Source: Pseudomonadota bacterium
Lineage (GTDB): Bacteria > Bdellovibrionota_G > JALEGL01 > DATDPG01
Reading direction: 5' to 3'
NCBI GenBank assembly: GCA_043804515.1
Contig: JAZDIZ010000187.1
Span: forward strand, 1 to 12,222
Length of the DNA stretch: 12,222 nucleotides
Shown here: positions 6,797 through 12,222 of the stretch, piece by piece
Position numbering within the stretch: the first letter of the stretch is position 1
Layout: each line of letters starts with the position of its first letter
The notes under the pieces: model-generated
What the model was told of the DNA's origin: nothing
What the model saw: only the letters and a program-made list of their open reading frames with translations
The model's database searches: none
Position numbers and translations under genes: made by a program

Positions 6797-7731
6797 TTGA
6801 ACGACCCGAGCTTGGCTTTCACCGTGTCGCTCACGCCCTCCATGGCGAAGTGAACACGGTTCCGGCCGCTCTTCTTCGCGCGCAGGAGTTGGGAATCCGC
6901 CGCACGAAAGAACGTTTCGTAGTTCTTGTAATTGCTCTCCGCCAGCGTGGCGATTCCAGCGCTGATCGTGATCGAGAACTTGTCCTGGTCGAATTCGAAA
7001 ATCAGGTTTTCCACCTTGCTACGGAATTTTTCGGCGATCTGAATGGCCGTGTCTTTGTCGGTGTCCCGCAGGAGAACCACGAATTCCTCGCCCCCAAACC
7101 GGGCGAACAGGTCCTCCTGGCGCTTGATGGCGCCGACCTGGCTCGCAAGCTCTTTGAGCACGTAATCTCCGGCGACATGGCCGAACCGATCGTTGATTTG
7201 CTTGAAGAAATCCAAGTCGATGATGATCAGGGAAAGAGGGGAGCCGTGCCGGCGGGAAAAACTGAATTCCGTTCTGAGGCGGTCCAGGAAATATTTCTTG
7301 TTGTAGATTTGGGTGAGAAAATCCTTATTGGCCGCGTTGTAGAGCTGCTCGTTGAAGCTCTCCTCGATGTTGTCCAGGAAGTTGAATTTCAGGATCGTGG
7401 TGCTTCCAATCTGGATCCGGTCCCCGTCGGCCAGCCGGTGCTCGGTGATTTTGACCCCGTTCACGAACGTGCCGTTCGTGCTTCCCAGGTCCCGCATGAC
7501 GATCGACTCCGCCATCACTTCCACCCGGGCGTGATTGCGCGAGACGTCCTCATCGTCCACGAAGATGTCGCACGTCTCGCTCCGGCCGATCATCATCTCG
7601 CTTTTCTTGATCTCGTATTTCCGGCCGATGTCTTCGCCCGCAATGACCAGGAAGTGGGCTTTTAAGCCTTCCGAACTCCGCAGAAGGTCACGGATATCAC
7701 GCTTGATCGTTTTGTCGTCGACGGGGGACAT
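6793..7731 (-). CDS. FHA-GGDEF diguanylate cyclase, DgcB-like architecture (312 aa)
   Basis: FHA motifs IGRS, VSRNHA, DLGSTNGTFVNG. GGDEF domain DLDFFKQINDRFGH.AGD, active site GGEEF (7095-7081), I-site RQED (7122-7111). ATG 7731 is preferred to 7860 because a good promoter lies between them. Confidence 0.92.
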   Translation of the reverse strand: MSPVDDKTIKRDIRDLLRSSEGLKAHFLVIAGEDIGRKYEIKKSEMMIGRSETCDIFVDDEDVSRNHARVEVMAESIVMRDLGSTNGTFVNGVKITEHRLADGDRIQIGSTTILKFNFLDNIEESFNEQLYNAANKDFLTQIYNKKYFLDRLRTEFSFSRRHGSPLSLIIIDLDFFKQINDRFGHVAGDYVLKELASQVGAIKRQEDLFARFGGEEFVVLLRDTDKDTAIQIAEKFRSKVENLIFEFDQDKFSITISAGIATLAESNYKNYETFFRAADSQLLRAKKSGRNRVHFAMEGVSDTVKAKLGSFN

Positions 7732-7760
7732 CGTCTCGGGGCTGTGCGGAATGGCGCCAG

Positions 7761-7790
7761 ATGATACCAGGGGCCTTCGAAGGCGGTCAA
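7761..7790 (-). promoter_or_regulatory. Putative sigma70-type promoter for dgc-xerD, with extended -10 and a palindrome in the spacer
   Basis: TTGACC (7790-7785), 18-nt spacer ending TGG, TATCAT (7766-7761). The spacer contains the perfect 12-bp palindrome GCCTTCGAAGGC (7773-7784). Confidence 0.65.
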
Positions 7791-7864
7791 CGCCGCGTTC
7801 CTTCCATACGAACGGCCGTTCATTCGCCAATGTGCCTCGCCTTGCTCTTCGCGCCTTCATTATG

Positions 7865-7873
7865 TGTTAAGAT
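7865..7873 (+). promoter_or_regulatory. Possible extended -10 element for the divergent radical SAM gene
   Basis: TG-T-TAAGAT about 80 nt upstream of ATG 7954; no good -35 at the canonical spacing. Confidence 0.3.
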
Positions 7874-7953
7874 CGCCATCCACTGACCCGGACCGAGACG
7901 CGATTCTCATTTAATTCAAGGGAGTTAGTTCTCTAAAGGGGCAGGGACCTTTA

Positions 7954-9462
7954 ATGAAAGTTCTTCTGATCAACGAGCCGTTCGTGAAGGATTTTTGCCG
8001 TACCCAGAGGTGGGCGGCCAGAACCCGTGGCCGGGTCCTGCGAGCCCCCGATTGGTTGGCATACGCAACGGCCGTTCTCGAGACGAGCGGGGTGAATGCG
8101 CGGCTCTACGATTTTCCCGCCCGGAACTGGGGGAGGGCGGAACTGGAACAGTTGCTTCGGGCCGAGCAACCCGATTTCATCGTTTTGGACTCCACGACGC
8201 CTTCCATCGAATCGGACCTCGGGTGCGCCCGGGCGGCGAAAGCCTGCGCTCCCCGATCCGTCACCATCATGGTCGGGCCCCACGCATCCGCGCTTCCCCA
8301 AGAGACGCTTCTCCAGGGTGGCGGCGCGGTCGATGCCGTCGCCATAGGAGAATACGATCACACGGTCCGGGACATTGTCGCCTCGTACTCCGATCTGGAA
8401 AAGGTTCCCGGCGTGGCCTATTGGAACGGCGGAGACATTCGGGTGACTCCACCCCGGCCGCTGATCGAAGATTTGGACGAGCTCCCGTTTCCCGCGTGGC
8501 ACCATCTGGATCTAACCAAGTACTTCGACGGGACCAAGCTTCACCCCTATATCGATATTTTTTCCGGCCGCGGTTGCCCGCACAAATGCATCTTCTGCCT
8601 CTGGCCTCAGATGATGCACGGCCGGAAGATCCGCACCCGGAAACCCGAGTGCGTGGTGGACGAGATCGAGCACGACATATTCCTCTGTCCGGAGGTGGTC
8701 CGGGGAGGGGAGTTCTTCTTTGAAGACGACACGTTCACGCTTCACAAACCGACGGCTTTCGGCATCTGCGAGGAGATTCTCAGGCGAGGCCTCAAAGTGA
8801 CGTTTTCGGTCAACGCCCGAACCGACACGGCGGACCTGGAAATGATGCGCGTTCTCAAGCGAGCCGGCTGCCGGGAATTCCTCGTGGGGTTTGAGTCGGG
8901 AGATCCTCAGATCCTGGCGAACATTCAGAAGCACGCCACGGTCGACCAGGCTGAAGAATTCATGGCACGCGCCAGGGAAGTGGGAATCGACGTCCACGGT
9001 TGTTTCGTCCTGGGCCTTCCCGGAGAGACGCGGGAAACCATCGAAGCGACGATCCGCTTTGCCAACCGCTTGGGACTTCACACTGCCCAGTATTCGGCCG
9101 CCGTGCCGTTTCCGGGAACCAGCTATTTCAAGTACTGCGAGGAACAAGGCCTTTTAAAGACGAGGGACTGGACACAGTGGCTGGACGCCAGCGGCGAGCA
9201 ATCGGGCGTCGTAAGCTATCCCGGTCTGGCCAAAGAAGAGGTGGACCGAGCCGTGAACCGGGGCCTCAAGGCCTTCTATTTTCGCCCGGGCTATCTCGTC
9301 CGGTTCGCTCTCAAGAACCGGAATTGGAAGGACTTCAAACGGAAGGTGAAGGGGCTTACTCGCTTCGCGGGCTTTTTGTGGAGCCAAAGAACTTCTCGCG
9401 CACGTACTCGCCGATCGCCAATGCCGCCGTCAGGCCCGGAGAATCGATCCCCACAAGGTTGA
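7954..9462 (+). CDS. B12-binding-domain radical SAM protein, BchE/HpnJ-like (502 aa)
   Basis: N-terminal cobalamin-binding-type region (PDWLAY, VGPHAS, IGEYD), GRGCPHKCIFC CxxxCxxC (8575-8598), FFEDDTFT, VGFESG, GLPGET, PFPGT. Confidence 0.92.
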   Translation: MKVLLINEPFVKDFCRTQRWAARTRGRVLRAPDWLAYATAVLETSGVNARLYDFPARNWGRAELEQLLRAEQPDFIVLDSTTPSIESDLGCARAAKACAPRSVTIMVGPHASALPQETLLQGGGAVDAVAIGEYDHTVRDIVASYSDLEKVPGVAYWNGGDIRVTPPRPLIEDLDELPFPAWHHLDLTKYFDGTKLHPYIDIFSGRGCPHKCIFCLWPQMMHGRKIRTRKPECVVDEIEHDIFLCPEVVRGGEFFFEDDTFTLHKPTAFGICEEILRRGLKVTFSVNARTDTADLEMMRVLKRAGCREFLVGFESGDPQILANIQKHATVDQAEEFMARAREVGIDVHGCFVLGLPGETRETIEATIRFANRLGLHTAQYSAAVPFPGTSYFKYCEEQGLLKTRDWTQWLDASGEQSGVVSYPGLAKEEVDRAVNRGLKAFYFRPGYLVRFALKNRNWKDFKRKVKGLTRFAGFLWSQRTSRARTRRSPMPPSGPENRSPQG

Positions 9463-10480
9463 TAAGACCCGGCAGGTCTTTCGAAATCACGAAATCCTTT
9501 TCTTCCGCATCCGACGGGGATCTCAGTTTGGGCCGGATGCCGCACGTATCGTATGACATCTGCGATCGGCTGACCGGCCCCAGAAGCCGGCCCGTGGCCT
9601 CCAGAAACCGCTCTAGCTTGTGCTCGGCCGGTGAGAAATCCTCTTTGGAGGTGACGTACTCCGCGTCCGGTCCGAGGCGGTATTTTCCGGCCAAATCCAT
9701 CGTCAGGTGAACACCCAGGCCGACGTCCTTCTTTCCCTTTACGGGATAGATCAGATGTTCGTACTGGATGGCCGTTTTGAGCGTGAAGTAATCTCCGCGG
9801 CACGGGTGGATCTTATATCGCTCCACGCCCGCCATCCGCGCTACGTCATCGGCATAAAGCCCCGCGGCGTTCACCACCATGGAGGCCGAGACTTCGCCGC
9901 GGCTCGAGTGAACCACGATGCCGTCCTTCCCTACATCCAGGCCCGTGACGCGGCAGTTCGTAAGCGCCGCCGCCCCCTGATCCACGGCGCTCGAGATCAG
10001 CGACTCCGTGAGGGCCGCGGGATCCACGATCCCCGTCTCCGGGCTCCATAGCGCAGCCACCCCCTCCAGTTCGGGCTCAAGCTCCCTCAACTCCCCGGAT
10101 GTCACGAGCCGGCATTTCTCCGCACCGGACGCCCGGGCGTTCGCAAGCAAGGCCTCGAGTTCTTCCCGCTCCGCGGCGTTCTTCGCCAAAACAAGCTTGC
10201 CCGTCTTGCGGAAGGGAACTCCATGCCGGGCGCACCATGCATAGAGAAGTTCGTTACCCTTGATGCACAATTTCGCCTTCAGGGATCCCGGCTTGTAGTA
10301 GAGGCCGCCATGAACCACGCCGCTGTTCCTGCTCGTAACACCTTCCGCAAACCGCGGTCCGGCTTCGACCAGAAGAATGGATAGGCCCCGAGAGGCAAGG
10401 GTTTGAGCCGTCGCAGCCCCGACGACTCCACCTCCCACAATAAGGATATCCGCCAAATCGATTTTGGATGACGCGTCCAT
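9356..10480 (-). CDS. FAD-dependent oxidoreductase, L-2-hydroxyglutarate oxidase (LhgO)/DAO family (374 aa)
   Basis: Rossmann IVGGGVVG, TSRNSGVVHGGLYY.PGSLKA.LC, VNAAGLYAD, LIYPV, GLGVHLT, GIRPKL, GIDSPGLTA. The substrate cannot be determined. Confidence 0.92.
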   Translation of the reverse strand: MDASSKIDLADILIVGGGVVGAATAQTLASRGLSILLVEAGPRFAEGVTSRNSGVVHGGLYYKPGSLKAKLCIKGNELLYAWCARHGVPFRKTGKLVLAKNAAEREELEALLANARASGAEKCRLVTSGELRELEPELEGVAALWSPETGIVDPAALTESLISSAVDQGAAALTNCRVTGLDVGKDGIVVHSSRGEVSASMVVNAAGLYADDVARMAGVERYKIHPCRGDYFTLKTAIQYEHLIYPVKGKKDVGLGVHLTMDLAGKYRLGPDAEYVTSKEDFSPAEHKLERFLEATGRLLGPVSRSQMSYDTCGIRPKLRSPSDAEEKDFVISKDLPGLINLVGIDSPGLTAALAIGEYVREKFFGSTKSPRSE

Positions 10481-10685
10481 TATTGATTTTCAAGATTGTA
10501 TCTCCTTATTCCCCTCAGAACCAGGCTGAGGTCCGAACCTTAGACTCGAAACAAGCCTTGCTTGGAACACGCCTCAATGTGAGGTTCGCGTTTTCAAGAA
10601 CCTGTTCGTTTATCCCCCTGGAAAGAGCCTGCGCGCGCTTGTATTCTCTTCGAGAACAAGACGTAATGGGGGTACATGGGTAAAG

Positions 10686-10762
10686 ATGGCGCACAGCTCA
10701 ATACACGGGTGCAAGCCATGAACAAATGGCGGCTGAATACACCGGGGTCGATCATCCCATGA
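10686..10762 (+). repeat. Degenerate direct repeat, about 40-nt period, across the radical SAM start
   Basis: ATGGCG-CACA-GCTCAATACAC-GGGT...CCATGA (from 10686) versus ATGGCG-GCTGAATACAC-CGGGGT...CCATGA (from 10726). Confidence 0.4.
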
Positions 10763-12180
10763 GGGTCATGTTGGTATCCTTACCCGGATTGCGGCAAGAC
10801 GATGGACACCTGTTCCCGTTGGGCATTGGATATTTGTCCGCATCTTTGAAACAGAACCACGAGGTCGTGAGCTGTCATTTCAACAGGTGGCGCCAAGCCC
10901 AGCAAGAGCTCCCCTCACGGTATCGCCTATTCAGGCCGGAGATCATCGGACTTACCTGCAACTCTTTCAACCGTGGGTTCGTTCGAGACGCGATCAAACA
11001 AATTAGATCTCTCGGAATCGATACAAAGGTGGTGGTGGGAGGCGTTCACGCCTCCTTCTGTCATGACCAAATCCTGAGGCGTTTTGGTGCCGATGTCGTC
11101 GTTGTCGGAGAGGGGGAAATCACGTTCTCGGAGTTATGTGACACAATCGTCAAGGGGACGTCATTAAGCTCCGTGAATGGAATTGTCTTCCGAGACGGCG
11201 ACGAGGTCTTGATCACCCCTCCGCGTGATCGTGTCACGGATCTGGATGCCTTACCGATACCGGATTATTCCTACGCAAGCATGCTTATCAGGCAGACGGA
11301 TACGGGTTTTCTCATTACATCCAGGGGATGCCCGGTGAGGTGTACCTTCTGCTCAACCAGCAGTTACTGGGGGCAGAAGGTGCGCATGCACTCCTCTCGT
11401 CGGGTCGTGGATGAAATGGAAATGCTTGTGTCACAGTTCAACGTGAGAAAGATCTTCTTCCACGACGATACGTTCAATCTGAGTATTGCGCGGGTCAAAG
11501 ACATCTGTGGAGAGATCATTAAGAGGGGCATCAAAGTCGAATGGGCTTGTTCCTGCAGAGTGGCGCCCGTCTCTGATGAGATGCTGACAGCCATGGTGGA
11601 TGCAGGTTGCCGGCATATATGCTGGGGGGTGGAATCAGGATCAGAGCAGATCATTAAGACGATAGATAAGAAGATTTCCTTAAGTCAGGTTCGTAACGCG
11701 TTTGCGATATCGAACAAATATAGCCATGTATTATCGACAGGTGCCTTTACGATGGTGGGGAATCCGGGCGAGTCGAAAAAAACGATTGACGACACGGTAC
11801 GCTTTTTCAATTCGATCCCGATGACGGACCCCCCCAGCACGTCGATCCTTTATGTCCTTCCTGGTACGATTCTTAATGAGAACCTGAAACAGGCGGGTCA
11901 TATTACTGACGAGGACTGGGCTAATCACGATTCGGTCCCACCATATACCGTTGAGCATTCTCTGTGGACCCTCGAGAGGTGGAGAAGGAGGGTCGTGCGG
12001 AGTGGCCAGAGGGTTCCTTTTGTGATGGAAAAGCATTTTTGGCACACCGGAAGCAAAACCTACGGACTGGCGGACGTCGTGAGTGCCACGGCAAGGAAGG
12101 TTGCGGACATGGGAGTGCGGTTTGGAAAGGCTGTAATTCACATCAACGATTATGGGGTGTCGGGACGCCTTCTTTTTTGA
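10726..12180 (+). CDS. Second B12-binding-domain radical SAM protein (484 aa; alternative start ATG 10759)
   Basis: PLGIGYL, GGVHAS, VVGEGE, SRGCPVRCTFC CxxxCxxC (11329-11352), FHDDTF, GVESGS, VGNPGE, LPGT. MRVMLV at 10759 looks like a typical first beta-strand of this family. Confidence 0.92.
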   Translation: MAAEYTGVDHPMRVMLVSLPGLRQDDGHLFPLGIGYLSASLKQNHEVVSCHFNRWRQAQQELPSRYRLFRPEIIGLTCNSFNRGFVRDAIKQIRSLGIDTKVVVGGVHASFCHDQILRRFGADVVVVGEGEITFSELCDTIVKGTSLSSVNGIVFRDGDEVLITPPRDRVTDLDALPIPDYSYASMLIRQTDTGFLITSRGCPVRCTFCSTSSYWGQKVRMHSSRRVVDEMEMLVSQFNVRKIFFHDDTFNLSIARVKDICGEIIKRGIKVEWACSCRVAPVSDEMLTAMVDAGCRHICWGVESGSEQIIKTIDKKISLSQVRNAFAISNKYSHVLSTGAFTMVGNPGESKKTIDDTVRFFNSIPMTDPPSTSILYVLPGTILNENLKQAGHITDEDWANHDSVPPYTVEHSLWTLERWRRRVVRSGQRVPFVMEKHFWHTGSKTYGLADVVSATARKVADMGVRFGKAVIHINDYGVSGRLLF

Positions 12181-12222
12181 ATCGTGCATAACGAGAAACC
12201 GTCGTGTTTTTGGGTCCGAGAT

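Noticed and set aside
7732..7860. 43-aa N-terminal extension of the FHA-GGDEF ORF from ATG 7860
   Set aside because: It spans a convincing promoter (7790-7761) and does not look like part of the protein; ATG 7731 fits better.
7843..7873. dif-like site (TTATGTGTTAAG resembles the XerD arm TTATGTTAAAT)
   Set aside because: The match needs a 2-nt insertion and there is no XerC arm at the 6-nt spacing.
10481..10725. Cobalamin or c-di-GMP riboswitch upstream of the radical SAM or oxidoreductase gene
   Set aside because: I could not find the conserved B12-box or GEMM core motifs by eye on either strand. An Rfam scan would be definitive.
12181..12208. dif-like site (ATCGTGCATAA resembles a XerC arm)
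   Set aside because: No TTATGTTAAA-like XerD arm follows after 6 nt.

Overview
Bacterial chromosomal window, GC-rich over most of its length. Gene content and order suggest a deltaproteobacterium-like organism such as Bdellovibrionota or Myxococcota (inference). Bases 112-7731 hold a tightly packed minus-strand housekeeping cluster: FHA-GGDEF diguanylate cyclase (DgcB-like), xerD, a 336-nt repeat-rich spacer, M50 site-2 protease, trpS, scpA, scpB, rluB-like pseudouridine synthase and a long-form hflX. The start of a further gene falls at the window edge. The right part has a plus-strand B12-binding radical SAM gene, a convergent LhgO-like FAD oxidoreductase overlapping it by 107 bp, and a second, lower-GC B12-binding radical SAM gene. 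I found no rRNA, tRNA, CRISPR array or transposase, and no clearly new multi-gene system. The best leads are: a probable non-canonical ATT start for hflX behind a strong Shine-Dalgarno; a degenerate JAB/MPN-like motif in the HflX N-terminal extension; a heptamer-repeat spacer with a 30-bp inverted repeat after xerD; a c-di-GMP synthase translationally coupled to xerD; and a [4Fe-4S]-type Cys motif in TrpRS.
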